Part shown: in pieces, positions 30,590 to 40,491 of the stretch
Layout of the letters: the number at the start of each line of letters is the position of its first letter
How positions within the stretch are numbered: the stretch's first letter is position 1
Assembly (NCBI GenBank): GCA_963697835.1
Contig: CAVOPG010000004.1
Span: 84,616 to 148,615, forward strand
Source: an uncultured Acidobacteriota bacterium
GTDB lineage: Bacteria; Acidobacteriota; Vicinamibacteria; Fen-336
Reading direction: 5' to 3'
Length of the DNA: 64,000 nt
Translations under genes and position numbers: made by a program
Notes under the pieces: generated by a model
Databases searched by the model: none
What the model saw: the letters and a program-made list of their open reading frames with translations, nothing else
What the model was told of the DNA's origin: nothing

Positions 30590-31480
30590 TCAGGGGCGCG
30601 GGGGGAGAGTGGCGCCCCGGTCCACCTTCGAGAGCAGTTCCCGGGCCGCGCCGGCCATGAGTCCGATGTCGCTCGAAGCCTGGAAGAACCGGAAGCCCTG
30701 GGCGATCCTCCGGTTGATCTCGACCGGATTCCCGGTGGGGTATCCGACGGGGACGCCGTGCCGGCGCCCGGCCTCGAGGACTTTCGTGAGCGCCTCCTCG
30801 ACGATGGGATCGGTGGTGCGCCCGCCCACGCCCAGGGAGAAGGACAAGTCGTTCACGCCCACGAAGAGGACGCCGATGCCCGGCACGGAAGCGATGGCCT
30901 CGATGTTCTCCACGGCCTCCTTCTGCTCGACGATAACGACGACGAGGACGTTCTCGTTGGCAAACCGCACGTACTCCGGCCCGCCCATGCCGTAGCGGGA
31001 GAGGGCGAAGGCGGGGCCGAAGCCCCGGACCCCGAGCGGCGGGTACCGGCAGGACGCGACCGCCCGCTCGGCCAGCTCCCGCGTGCTCGTGAACGGGAAG
31101 ACGACACCCAGGCTGCCCTCGTCGAGCACGCGCTTGGCGAGCCAGATCTCGTTGGCCGGCACTCGCGTGATGGGGACGGCCCGAGCTCCCCGGGTGGCGA
31201 GGAGGATCGCGCGCAGGCTCTCGAGCGTGATGGGGCCGTGCTCCATCTCGATCCACAGGAAATCGAAGCCGGCGTTCGCGAGGGTCAAAGCGGTGTCCAC
31301 GTTGGGGACGGTGACGGTCGCGCCCACGACCGGCCGCCCCTCGAGGAGGGCCTTCTTGAGGGCGCTCTCGCCGGGGGCCGCGGCCTCGCCCGGAGGGGGG
31401 GCCTGGTACTGGGCGGCGGCCCCCGCCCCGCGAAGGGCAACGGCCAGCGCGAGAACCAGGACGCGGGAGGGACTCGACAT
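30590..31480 (-). CDS. HpcH/HpaI-family aldolase with signal peptide
   Basis: ATG 31480 follows GGAGGTGG. A signal peptide is present. Family-like motifs are FDFLWIEMEHGP and LFVGVNDLS. Confidence 0.7.
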   Translation of the reverse strand: MSSPSRVLVLALAVALRGAGAAAQYQAPPPGEAAAPGESALKKALLEGRPVVGATVTVPNVDTALTLANAGFDFLWIEMEHGPITLESLRAILLATRGARAVPITRVPANEIWLAKRVLDEGSLGVVFPFTSTRELAERAVASCRYPPLGVRGFGPAFALSRYGMGGPEYVRFANENVLVVVIVEQKEAVENIEAIASVPGIGVLFVGVNDLSFSLGVGGRTTDPIVEEALTKVLEAGRRHGVPVGYPTGNPVEINRRIAQGFRFFQASSDIGLMAGAARELLSKVDRGATLPPRP

Positions 31481-31618
31481 GTTCCACCTCCCCTCGGCGC
31501 CATCGGGCACCCAGGAGCCGCGCCAGTATGCCGCCGTGGGGTCTCCGTCGGCAACCGGAGTAGCGCCGTTGCGTGGAGCGGGATATATAGGGTGAATGAC
31601 GCGCCTTCGGGGGCATGG

Positions 31619-32608
31619 ATGAGCGAGACAGCCAAGACGAGCCAGAAGAGAGCGGCCGTGTGCGGCGCCGGTGGCTTCATCGGCAGCCATCTCGTGAAGA
31701 GGCTCCGGAAGGACGGCTACTGGGTCCGCGGCGTCGACCAGAAGCCGGCCGAGTTCTCGCCGACGGCGGCGCACGACTTCCAGATCCTCGATCTCCGTGA
31801 GGAGAGGAGCTGCCAGGCGGCCGTCCGGCATCCAGACGGCGGGACCTTCGACGAGGTCTACCAGCTCGCCGCCGACATGGGCGGCATGGGCTTCATCCAC
31901 TCCGCCGAGTGCGAGATCATGCGGAACAGCAATCTCATCAACGTGCACATGACCCACTCGGCGGCGGCGGCCGGGGTCAAGCGCTACTTCTTCTCGTCGT
32001 CGGCCTGTGTCTACCGCAACATGAACCCCGACGAGCCGGAGCTGAGCGAGCCGGAAGCGTACCCGGCCCTGCCCGACAACGAGTACGGCTGGGAGAAGCT
32101 CTACGCCGAGCGCGTGGCCATGGCGTACGGCCGGCGTCACGACATGGTCGTGCGCCTGGCCCGCTTCCAGAACTGCTACGGGCCGGAAGGGACCTGGCGG
32201 GGAGGCCGCGAGAAGGCTCCCGCCGCCCTCTGCCGCAAGGTCGCCGAGACCGGGGACGGCGGCACCATCGAGGTCTGGGGCGACGGGACGGCGACGCGGG
32301 CCTACACCTATGTCGACGACATGGTGGACGGCATCGTCACCCTGATGCAGTCGGATCTGGAGGGCGGCGTCAACATCGGCCGGCGCGAGTACGTCTCCGT
32401 CGACGAGCTCGTCCGACTGATCGCCGGGATCGCGGGCAAGAAGATCGCCATCCATCACGTCGAGGGCCCGGTCGGGGTCAAGGCGCGCAACTTCCGTGTG
32501 GACCGCATCGGGGCCATCGGCTGGGAGTCGAGGGTGTCCCTGCGCGAGGGCCTCTCGCGTACGTACTCGTGGATCGAGGGCCAGGTCAGAGCTCACCGGC
32601 CGCAATGA
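31619..32608 (+). CDS. gme: NAD-dependent epimerase, GDP-mannose 3,5-epimerase-like
   Basis: Motifs are CGAGGFIGSHL, DMGGMGFI, YGWEKL (YxxxK), FQNCYGPEG and WGDGTATRAYTYVDD. Its stop overlaps the next start as ATGA. Confidence 0.6.
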   Translation: MSETAKTSQKRAAVCGAGGFIGSHLVKRLRKDGYWVRGVDQKPAEFSPTAAHDFQILDLREERSCQAAVRHPDGGTFDEVYQLAADMGGMGFIHSAECEIMRNSNLINVHMTHSAAAAGVKRYFFSSSACVYRNMNPDEPELSEPEAYPALPDNEYGWEKLYAERVAMAYGRRHDMVVRLARFQNCYGPEGTWRGGREKAPAALCRKVAETGDGGTIEVWGDGTATRAYTYVDDMVDGIVTLMQSDLEGGVNIGRREYVSVDELVRLIAGIAGKKIAIHHVEGPVGVKARNFRVDRIGAIGWESRVSLREGLSRTYSWIEGQVRAHRPQ

Positions 32609-35600
32609 CCGCGCCAGGCTGGGACTACCTGATCGTCACCGCCGCGCACGAGGCCCAGGCCGCGGCCTACCGCGAGCAGCTGGGCTGGCGGCGCGATCTG
32701 GGCTTCATCCCCCACGTGCGCCACGTCCTCACGATCGCCGACCCGGACGGGCGGCGCGTGGGCAGCGGCGGGAGCACGATCCACTGCCTGCTCACGATCC
32801 TCGGCCGGGAGCTCGGCAACCGGCGCGAGCGGCTCCCTGCCCCCGAAGCCTGGGGCGAGGCGCTCCGGTCCCTGCGCGTGCTGATCATCCATGCCGGCGG
32901 CGATTCGCGGCGGCTGCCCGCCTACTCCCCCTGCGGCAAGATCTTCGTTCCCGTCCCCGGCGACTCCGACCGCGTGCTGGGGCTGACCCTCTTCGACCGC
33001 CAGCTGCCCACCTACCTCCGGCTCCCTCCCGGCGCGGAAGGCCGGGGACAGGTCGTGATCGCCACCGGCGACGTGCTGCTGACCTTCGATCCGGCCCGGG
33101 TGCGGTTCGATCGGCCCGGGATCACGGGCCTGGGCTGCCTCGCGAGCCCCGACGTCGCCAAGGACCACGGCGTCTTCTGCGCGGGCGCGGCCGGACGCGT
33201 GCTTCGGTTCCTCCAGAAGCCGACGCCGGCCGAGCAGGGCGAGCAGGGAGCCCTCAACCGTCACGGGGAGGCGATTCTCGACATCGGCGTGATGAGCTTC
33301 GACGCCGAGGCGGCGCTCCGGCTCGTGGGGCTCTGCGACGTCCTCGCGACCCCTGGCGGAGAGCTGCGCTGGCGCGGTCCCCTGGCCACCGCCTTCGAAG
33401 GCTGGGGGCTCGACTTCTACCGCGAGGTCTGCTGCGCGCTCGGGGAAGAAGCGACGCGGGAGAGCTACATCCGCGCCGTCCAGCGCGCCGGCTCCGCCTT
33501 CGGGAGGGCTGAGCTCGAGGACCTCTTCCAACGCCTCTCGGGCATCCCGTTCGGGCTGGATCTCCTGCCCCGCTGCGGCTTCCTCCACTTCGGCTCCACC
33601 CGGCAGCTGATCACCAGCGGCAGCGATCTCATGAGCATCGATCGCGGGACGTCACACCACCACTCCTGCCTGCAGATCAACAACGAGCTCGTCGACGGTG
33701 GGATCACGCTCGGGCGCAGCTCCTGGATCGAGGGCTGCCGCATCTCGGCCCCCCTCGATCTGGGGGGCGACAACGCCGTCGTCGGTGTCGACGTCGAGAC
33801 GCCGTTGAAGCTGCCGGCGGGAGCGGTGCTCGACGTCCTGCCCGGCCGCACTCGCGGTGGGGAGCCGACCTGGTTCGTCCGCTGCTACGGCTGCGACGAC
33901 GTTCTCCACAAGCCGATCGACGCCGGCGGCTCGCTCGCCGGCCGGCCGCTCGGCGAGTGGCTCGAGGCGATGGACGCGCGGGCGGAGGACGTCTGGGACG
34001 CCGCCCAGCCGCCGGACGCGCGCTCCGTCTGGAACGGACGCTTCTTCCCCGCCGTGGCCCGGAACCGGGACGGCGCGCGCTGGCTCTGGCTCCTCGATCC
34101 CGCTCGCGCCAGTTCCGAGGAGCGTCGGGCGTGGCGGGCCGCCGATCGCTACAGCTTCGCCGAGATGCTGGGCCTCGCCGACCTCGACTCGTTCCACGAG
34201 CGGCGGCTCGTCCACCGGGCCGAGGAGCTGCGCCGCTCCCTGAAGCACCTCTTCGGGAGGGAGAGCGAGCTCTCGGCTCGCGAGCTGGCGCTCCTGTGGC
34301 GGCGTCTCGACCCGCCCCGCCGCGAGCGGTGGCTCGCCGACGTGATCCTGACCGCCCATGCGGAGCACGCCCGCTCGAGTGCCGAGGACGGCCTTGAACG
34401 GCTGGAGCTGTCGCGCATCCTGCACGGCCTCGGCACGGCCATCCTGCGGCTCGAAGACGCCGCCCCCGGCTGCGGTGCCGATCTCCTCCAGCGCGTCGAC
34501 GCGCATCTCGGCCCCGCCGAGCGGCAATGGCTGCGGTCGCTCGGCCTCGAGCCCGGCCTCCACCCCGGCGCGTGGGCGGAAGCGGCGCGCGAGGCCGCGT
34601 TCACCCACCTCGGCCGGGTGATCGTCCGCAGCACGGAGCGGGCGGCCGGCCATCCCCGGAACGCCCTGCGCAGCGACGAGATCATCTGGGGACGCGCCCC
34701 CGCCCGTCTCGACCTGGGCGGGGGCTGGACCGACACTCCACCGTACGCGCTCGAGCACGGCGGCTGCGTGATCAACGCCGCGGTCGACCTCAACGGTCAG
34801 CCGCCCATCCACGCCTACGCGCGCGTCATCCCCGAGCTCGAGGTGCGGCTCGTCTCGATCGATCACGGCAGCCGCCTGGTCGTGACCACGATCGAGGCCC
34901 TCGCCGACTATCGCGAGCCGACGAGCCAGTTCGGCATCGCCAAGGCGGCATTGGCGCTCACGGGCTTCTCGCCGGCCCACGCCACGTGGCCGGCCGGGGT
35001 CTCCACCCTGCCCGAGATGCTGCGCCTCTTCGGCGGCGGCATCGAGCTGACGACCCTGGCGGCCATCCCGAGCGGCAGCGGCCTCGGCACGTCGAGCATC
35101 GTGGGGGCGGCGCTCCTGGGCGTCCTCGCTCGCCTGGTCGGCCGGACGACGACACCGCGCGAGCTCTTCAACGGCGTGCTGCAGCTCGAGCAGGAGCTGA
35201 CGACCGGCGGGGGCTGGCAGGACCAGATCGGCGGCGTCGTCCCCGGGGTGAAGATGATCACCACCGAGCCCGGGATGATCCCCGACCCGCGGATCCACTT
35301 CGTCCCCGGCGATCTCCTCGATCCCCGAGCCTCGGGCGGGGCGACGCTCCTCTACTACACGGGGCTGCGGCGGCTGGCGAAGAACATCCTCCAGACCGTG
35401 GTCGGCAACTATCTCGACCGCGACCGCGCCGGGATGGAGACGCTCCGGCAGCTGCACGCCTTCCCGCCGCAGATGGCGGCGGCCCTCGCGGCGAAGGACG
35501 CCTCCCGCTTCGGGCGGCTCGTCGACGTGGCCTGGAACCTCAACAAGGAGCTCGACCCCGACTCGACGACACCCGAGATCGACGGGATGCTGGAGAGCGT

Positions 35601-35787
35601 CGCCCGGCACGTGTCCGGCGCGAAGCTCCTGGGAGCCGGGGGCGGCGGGTTCCTCCTCGTGGTGGCGAGGTCGCCCGCCGATGCCGACGCCGTGCGGCGC
35701 CGCCTCACGTCCGAGCCGCCCAACCCGCGAGCCCGCTTCTTCGACTTCGCGGTGGCCGACCACGGCCTCGTCGTGACGGTCTGCTGA
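32605..35787 (+). CDS. fkp: bifunctional L-fucokinase / sugar-1-phosphate guanylyltransferase-like protein (FKP-like), 1060 aa
   Basis: The N-terminal fucokinase-type nucleotidyltransferase region has LIIHAGGDSRRLPAY. The C-terminal GHMP kinase part has RAPARLDLGGGWTD, PSGSGLGTSS and GAKLLGAGGGGFLL. Confidence 0.7.
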   Translation: MTAPGWDYLIVTAAHEAQAAAYREQLGWRRDLGFIPHVRHVLTIADPDGRRVGSGGSTIHCLLTILGRELGNRRERLPAPEAWGEALRSLRVLIIHAGGDSRRLPAYSPCGKIFVPVPGDSDRVLGLTLFDRQLPTYLRLPPGAEGRGQVVIATGDVLLTFDPARVRFDRPGITGLGCLASPDVAKDHGVFCAGAAGRVLRFLQKPTPAEQGEQGALNRHGEAILDIGVMSFDAEAALRLVGLCDVLATPGGELRWRGPLATAFEGWGLDFYREVCCALGEEATRESYIRAVQRAGSAFGRAELEDLFQRLSGIPFGLDLLPRCGFLHFGSTRQLITSGSDLMSIDRGTSHHHSCLQINNELVDGGITLGRSSWIEGCRISAPLDLGGDNAVVGVDVETPLKLPAGAVLDVLPGRTRGGEPTWFVRCYGCDDVLHKPIDAGGSLAGRPLGEWLEAMDARAEDVWDAAQPPDARSVWNGRFFPAVARNRDGARWLWLLDPARASSEERRAWRAADRYSFAEMLGLADLDSFHERRLVHRAEELRRSLKHLFGRESELSARELALLWRRLDPPRRERWLADVILTAHAEHARSSAEDGLERLELSRILHGLGTAILRLEDAAPGCGADLLQRVDAHLGPAERQWLRSLGLEPGLHPGAWAEAAREAAFTHLGRVIVRSTERAAGHPRNALRSDEIIWGRAPARLDLGGGWTDTPPYALEHGGCVINAAVDLNGQPPIHAYARVIPELEVRLVSIDHGSRLVVTTIEALADYREPTSQFGIAKAALALTGFSPAHATWPAGVSTLPEMLRLFGGGIELTTLAAIPSGSGLGTSSIVGAALLGVLARLVGRTTTPRELFNGVLQLEQELTTGGGWQDQIGGVVPGVKMITTEPGMIPDPRIHFVPGDLLDPRASGGATLLYYTGLRRLAKNILQTVVGNYLDRDRAGMETLRQLHAFPPQMAAALAAKDASRFGRLVDVAWNLNKELDPDSTTPEIDGMLESVARHVSGAKLLGAGGGGFLLVVARSPADADAVRRRLTSEPPNPRARFFDFAVADHGLVVTVC

Positions 35788-36073
35788 ACTTCACACGGGG
35801 TTCCACTCACCGCCCTCGGCCGTGGTCGGTGGTCGGCACGCTCTTTCGGCACTCGCCCGACATTGGCTTCGCTTTCTCTTCACTTTCCCCTTGACAAGTT
35901 CCAGAAGCCCATCCGCAAGCCGTCCCTGACCTGCTCCAGAGTACGCGTGTACGGCACGCAGATAGACCACGAGCGTCGCCATCAGCCCGTTCCTCTTCGA
36001 GCGAAAGTCCGCCGCATAGCGCACGCCTATTGCGACCCCAGGAGGTCACGAAACGCCTGCCTATATTGTCGGT

Positions 36074-37207
36074 ATGGAACGCACTCACTCGCTGACGTCG
36101 TTCTCCGACGACCAGCTGCTCCATCGCCTGTCGGATCTGCTCGGTCAATCCCGTCGCGACGAGGCCGATCTCGTCGCTCACATCGGCGAAGTCGACTCGC
36201 GCCGGCTCTACGCCCGGGAAGCCTCTCCCTCGATGTTCGCGTACTGTACCGAGGTCCTCCACCTCTCCGAGGCCGAGGCCTACCTCCGGATCGCCGCCGC
36301 CCGCGCCTCGCGAGAGCATCCCCTCCTCCTGACCATGCTGGCCGACGGGCGGCTGCACCTGACGGCCATCGCAAAGCTGGCGCCGCACCTGACCGTGGAG
36401 AATCGGGAGGCTCTCCTGAAGCAGGCCGCCCACCGCTCGAAGCACCAGATCGAGGAGCTCGTAGCGGAGCTTTCGCCCCGTCCGGATGTTCCGGCGGTGA
36501 TGCGGAAACTGCCCGGCCGCCGGGACGGGACGACGTCGTCGGAGGGAGTTGCTTCAGTCGATCGCCAACTCCGTCCGGACCGAGTTGGCGTGCGCGAGCC
36601 CGAGCTGCGTCTGGACGGAGGTGCGGCGGCCGGGTTCGAACTCCGTCCGCACGGAGCGGCAGCGCTCCCAGGGTCTCGGCCCGCGGTGGTCGAGCCCCTC
36701 GGCGCCGCCCGCTACAAGGTCCAGTTCACCGCCTCCGCCGAGCTTCGCGACAAGCTCGAGCGACTGCGGGCCCTCATGCGCTCCTCGGTGCCCGACGGCG
36801 ACCTCGCCGCGATCGTCGAGCAGGCCGTCACCGAGAAGCTCCAGAGGCTCGAGGCTCGGCGTTTCGCCCAGACCCGGGCGCCGAGGAAGACTCTCTCGGA
36901 GAGCGAAACCTCCCCCAAGACGCGCCGGATCCCGGCCGCGGTGAAGCGGGCCGTGAACTTGCGGGACGGAGGCCGATGCCGCTACGAGGACGAACACGGG
37001 AGACGTTGCACGGCGCGCCGGGGGCTCGAGTTCCACCACCGCTACCCCTTCGGCCAGGGCGGTGACCACTCGGTCGCCAATGTCACCCTCGCGTGTCGAT
37101 GCCACAACGGTTACCTCGCCGAGGTCGACTACGGCAGGGAGGCCATCGCTCGGCATCGCCGCCCGGAGACCCGTCCGTTGAAGCCCACGCCGTCTCCGTC
37201 GCCGTGA
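36074..37207 (+). CDS. HNH endonuclease with a DUF222-like N-terminal domain
   Basis: The C-terminus is RDGGRCRYEDEHGRRCTARRGLEFHHRYPFGQGGDHSVANVTLACRCHN. The gene follows a lower-GC 286-nt spacer. TATATT lies 6 nt before the ATG and there is no SD. Confidence 0.75.
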   Translation: MERTHSLTSFSDDQLLHRLSDLLGQSRRDEADLVAHIGEVDSRRLYAREASPSMFAYCTEVLHLSEAEAYLRIAAARASREHPLLLTMLADGRLHLTAIAKLAPHLTVENREALLKQAAHRSKHQIEELVAELSPRPDVPAVMRKLPGRRDGTTSSEGVASVDRQLRPDRVGVREPELRLDGGAAAGFELRPHGAAALPGSRPAVVEPLGAARYKVQFTASAELRDKLERLRALMRSSVPDGDLAAIVEQAVTEKLQRLEARRFAQTRAPRKTLSESETSPKTRRIPAAVKRAVNLRDGGRCRYEDEHGRRCTARRGLEFHHRYPFGQGGDHSVANVTLACRCHNGYLAEVDYGREAIARHRRPETRPLKPTPSPSP

Positions 37208-37365
37208 CGACCGTCGGTCGAGCGAGTGCCGGGTCGCCACTGGCCCGCCGGTCGCCTGGAGCAAGGACGCTCACACAGGTCGGGCCCGCCCGGCCGGCAT
37301 CAAACCTACAAGCGTGCCCATGCCACCAGTCCGCGGGGCTCCGCCCCGCCAGGCCCCCCGGTTGC

Positions 37366-38520
37366 CTACTTGCTCGCGGCCCGGTCGAAGAGCTTCTTGT
37401 AGTCTCCGTACCCCGCTTCCTCGAGCTTGGCGAGGGGGATGAAGCGCAACGCCGCCGAGTTGATGCAGTAGCGGAGGCCAGTGGGCTTCGGGCCGTCGTC
37501 GAAGACGTGTCCAAGGTGGGAGTCGGCGTGGTGCGAGCGCACCTCCGCGCGCACCATCCCGAGCGAGCGGTCGCTCCGCTCCGCCACGTTCTTCTTCTCG
37601 AGGGGCCGCGTGAAGCTCGGCCACCCGGAGCCCGAGTCGAACTTGTCGAGCGAGGAGAAGAGCGGCTCGCCGGAGACGACGTCCACGTAGATCCCGGGCT
37701 CGTGGTTGTCCCAGTACTCGTTGCGGAAGGCCATCTCCGTCCCGTTCTCCTGCGTCACCTTGTACTGCAGCGGCGTGAGCGTCTTCTTGATCTCGTCCTT
37801 CGTCGGCTTCACGAAGCTCCCCTCCTTCCCGTCCCCCCACCCCTTCCCCGCGTTCGCGGTCCCGCTCGTCCCGGCCGCTGCCGGGCCGTGCTCCGCCTCC
37901 TTGCCCCAGAGCGCCGACAGCCGCCGGTCGCGCCCGCATCCCGCGCGGTACGTCATGTAGCGGAGCGGGCTCTTCTTGTAGAAGTCCTGGTGGTAGTCCT
38001 CCGCGGGGTAGAAGGCCTCGAGCGGGACGATCCCCGTCACGATCGGCTTCGGCAGCCGCCCCGACGCCTCGAGGGCGTGCTTCGACGCCTCGGCGGCGAG
38101 CTTCTGCGTCTCGCCGTCGTAGAAGATCGCCGTGCGGTACTGATTCCCGCGGTCGCAGAACTGCCCGCCGCCGTCGACGGGGTCGACGTTCCGCCAGAAG
38201 ATCTCGACGAGCTGCTCGTAGCTCAGCCGGGCGGGGTCGTAGCTCACCTGCACCGACTCGGCGTGACCGGTCGTGCCCCCGGACACCTGCTCGTAGGACG
38301 GGTTCTTCACCCGGCCGCCCGCATAGCCCGATACGACCGACACGACGCCGGGCACCTTCTCCAGCGAAGACTCCATGCACCAGAAGCAGCCGCCGGCGAA
38401 AGTGGCACGGGCGAGGGTCGACGGGGGCGGCGCCGCGGCCCGGGCCCGGGAGAAGGGGCCGAAGAGCCAGAGCGCCCCCAGCGCCAGGCCAGCGGAGAAG
38501 ACGGCCATGCGGAGCTTCAT
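37366..38520 (-). CDS. msrAB: bifunctional methionine sulfoxide reductase MsrA/MsrB, exported
   Basis: Signal peptide, then GGCFWCME (MsrA), then GSGWPSF and RYCINS (MsrB). Confidence 0.85.
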   Translation of the reverse strand: MKLRMAVFSAGLALGALWLFGPFSRARAAAPPPSTLARATFAGGCFWCMESSLEKVPGVVSVVSGYAGGRVKNPSYEQVSGGTTGHAESVQVSYDPARLSYEQLVEIFWRNVDPVDGGGQFCDRGNQYRTAIFYDGETQKLAAEASKHALEASGRLPKPIVTGIVPLEAFYPAEDYHQDFYKKSPLRYMTYRAGCGRDRRLSALWGKEAEHGPAAAGTSGTANAGKGWGDGKEGSFVKPTKDEIKKTLTPLQYKVTQENGTEMAFRNEYWDNHEPGIYVDVVSGEPLFSSLDKFDSGSGWPSFTRPLEKKNVAERSDRSLGMVRAEVRSHHADSHLGHVFDDGPKPTGLRYCINSAALRFIPLAKLEEAGYGDYKKLFDRAASK

Positions 38521-38679
38521 GCGTTTGGACCTCTGCCAGCCATAAACGTCGCCGATCTCCAGGTCATTCCGCAAGGGGGGGGCCGGGGGGATGTGAAATC
38601 TCCTCGTCCGGGATGGCGGCCGAGCGTCGCGATCGGGTACGATTTCCTCGAGAGTTCCCCGCGAGAGGAGACGGGCGCG

Positions 38680-39531
38680 ATGAGCTCGGACCGGCCCGCG
38701 AACTACGGCGAGTCCAGCCACGGGCTGCGTGGCGACTACCGCCGCATGCGGTCGGACTACACGGTCGAGCAGGACTACGACGCCTACACAGACGCCCAGC
38801 AGGAAAGGTGGCGCCGCCTCTATCACCGGCAGATCGAGCTCGTGCCCGGCCGCGCCTGCGGGGAGTACGAGGCGTCCCTCCACGCGCTCGACTACGCCGC
38901 GGGCATCCCCCGCTTCGAGGTCGTCAACCGCCAGCTCGGAGAGGCCACCCGCTGGCGGCTGGTGGCGGTTCCCGGGCTCGTGCCCGATCTCGTGTTCTTC
39001 GAGCACCTCGCGAACCGCCGCTTCCCGGTGACGTGGTGGATCCGCGAGGAGCACGAGTTCGACTACATCGTGGAGCCCGACGTGTTCCACGACTTCTTCG
39101 GCCACGTGCCGATGCTCTTCGACCCGGTGTTCGCCGACTACATGGAGGCCTACGGGAGGGGCGGGCTGAAGGCGGAGGGGCTCGGCTCGCTCCAGTGGCT
39201 GGCCCGGCTCTACTGGTACACGGTCGAGTTCGGTCTCATCCGCACGCCGAGGGGCCTGCGCATCTACGGCGCGGGGATCCTGTCCTCCCCCAGCGAGATC
39301 GACCACGCGGTCCACAGCCCGAGGCCGCGCCGCCTGGCCTTCGACCTCCGGCGGGTCATGCGGAGCCTCTACCGCATCGACGCGTTCCAGGAGACCTACT
39401 TCGTGATCGAGAGCTTCGACCGGCTCTTCGAGGCGACGCGACCGGACTTCGCGCCGCTCTACCGCGAGCTCGCGATGCTCCCCGAGCTGGAGGCGAACGC
39501 CGTCCTCCCGGAGGACCGGCCTGTCGCCTGA
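38680..39531 (+). CDS. phhA: phenylalanine-4-hydroxylase (aromatic amino acid hydroxylase)
   Basis: The iron ligand region is [14 protein letters not shown], followed by [16 protein letters not shown] lies upstream of ATG 38680. Confidence 0.8.
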   Translation: MSSDRPANYGESSHGLRGDYRRMRSDYTVEQDYDAYTDAQQERWRRLYHRQIELVPGRACGEYEASLHALDYAAGIPRFEVVNRQLGEATRWRLVAVPGLVPDLVFFEHLANRRFPVTWWIREEHEFDYIVEPDVFHDFFGHVPMLFDPVFADYMEAYGRGGLKAEGLGSLQWLARLYWYTVEFGLIRTPRGLRIYGAGILSSPSEIDHAVHSPRPRRLAFDLRRVMRSLYRIDAFQETYFVIESFDRLFEATRPDFAPLYRELAMLPELEANAVLPEDRPVA

Positions 39532-39660
39532 GCCCGCCGTCACCGAGTCGTGGGAGCTCCCGAACCGCCTCCCGCGGTGACCCGGGTGCCGCCCCGCCGT
39601 TTCGTGCTACGTTCAACCGCGCGGCGGCCCGGAGCGGCGGCCGCGGGAGGAGTTCGGGCC

Positions 39661-40083
39661 ATGACCTTCGCGACGCTCGCTCTTGCCGCCCTCTTCGCCG
39701 GCCAGGCGTCGGCCTCCCAGGCGCCCCGCGCGTCGGCACCGGCCGCTCCCGCGAAGGTCGTCCCGATGGCCGTCCAGGTCCAGGCGGCGAGCGATGACGC
39801 CGTGGTGCGGAACTGGGCGAAGGAGCTCCGCGCCGCCCTCGAGGCTCGCAAGGACGAGTTCCGCCCGGCGCGGCCGGGGGAGAAGCCGGAGTTCGTGGTG
39901 CGCATCGACTCGGTGGGGAAGGAGCAGGACGGCACGCCGGTCATGAACGGCGCCTTGATCCTCGGCAAGACGACCAAGCCATTCAACTACACGTTCAAGG
40001 ACGTGCGGGTCGAGGCCGAGAAGCTCGCGCGCAACCTCCGCAAGTACGCCGATCAGATGAAGGCCGCGCCGGCCGGGCGCTGA
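39661..40083 (+). CDS. small secreted hypothetical protein
   Basis: ATG 39661 with signal peptide MTFATLALAALFAGQASA. No recognisable motif. Confidence 0.45.
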   Translation: MTFATLALAALFAGQASASQAPRASAPAAPAKVVPMAVQVQAASDDAVVRNWAKELRAALEARKDEFRPARPGEKPEFVVRIDSVGKEQDGTPVMNGALILGKTTKPFNYTFKDVRVEAEKLARNLRKYADQMKAAPAGR

Positions 40084-40171
40084 CACGCCGGCCCGCCGTC
40101 ACGGGGGGGGACCTTCGGCGTCCGCCCCTCCTCGACGAGGAGGCGGCGAGATCGCGCGTCGAGACGTAGCG

Positions 40172-40240
40172 GCTCGCGGTCAGGGTCTCGGCGGTCGTGC
40201 CTCGCTGGAAGGCCCGCTTCCCCGTCGCCATCTCGTAGAG
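40172..40240 (-). pseudogene. Ser/Thr protein kinase relic (about 23 codons of subdomain IX-X only)
   Basis: The minus strand reads SLYEMATGKRAFQRGTTAETLTA. Compare LYEMATGRQAFSGTTTG in gene 55049..57742 and [19 protein letters not shown] in the decayed paralogue. No kinase sequence flanks it on either side. Confidence 0.35.
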
Positions 40241-40242
40241 GC

Positions 40243-40395
40243 TCAACGACCGAGGAGCCGATCGAGGAGGGACTTCGGCCGCGGGCAGCTGCAGCGCTTC
40301 TCCTCCGGGATGCCGCTCATCACCTGCTCGACGTGGCGGCCGCAGCCCACCCAGGTGGGCTTGCCGCAGCGGCTGCACTGAATCCGGGTGCACAT
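40243..40395 (-). CDS. small cysteine-rich (putative zinc-binding) protein, 50 aa
   Basis: MCTRIQCSRCGKPTWVGCGRHVEQVMSGIPEEKRCSCPRPKSLLDRLLGR contains 7 Cys in CxxC-like spacing. It is the only plausible part of the long track ORF 40243..41904. Confidence 0.45.
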   Translation of the reverse strand: MCTRIQCSRCGKPTWVGCGRHVEQVMSGIPEEKRCSCPRPKSLLDRLLGR

Positions 40396-40491
40396 CTTCG
40401 CCGGCCATTGTCTCACGGAAGATCGCCAACGCCGGTCGTGCCCGGCGGGTGGCGACGGGATGACGAGGAGCCCGTGTGGTGTCCGGTGTGG

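Noticed and set aside
35807-37065. ORFs 35807..36445 (-) and 35863..37065 (+) overlapping the HNH gene.
   Set aside because: They have no motifs, and ORF 36074..37207 carries an unmistakable HNH signature in another frame.
37366-38520. Additional selenoprotein candidates among redox genes (MsrA/MsrB, TlpA-like 14268..15137, DUF899).
   Set aside because: Their redox motifs are encoded with ordinary Cys codons and the ORFs contain no in-frame TGA. The DUF899 interruption is a frame shift, not a stop.
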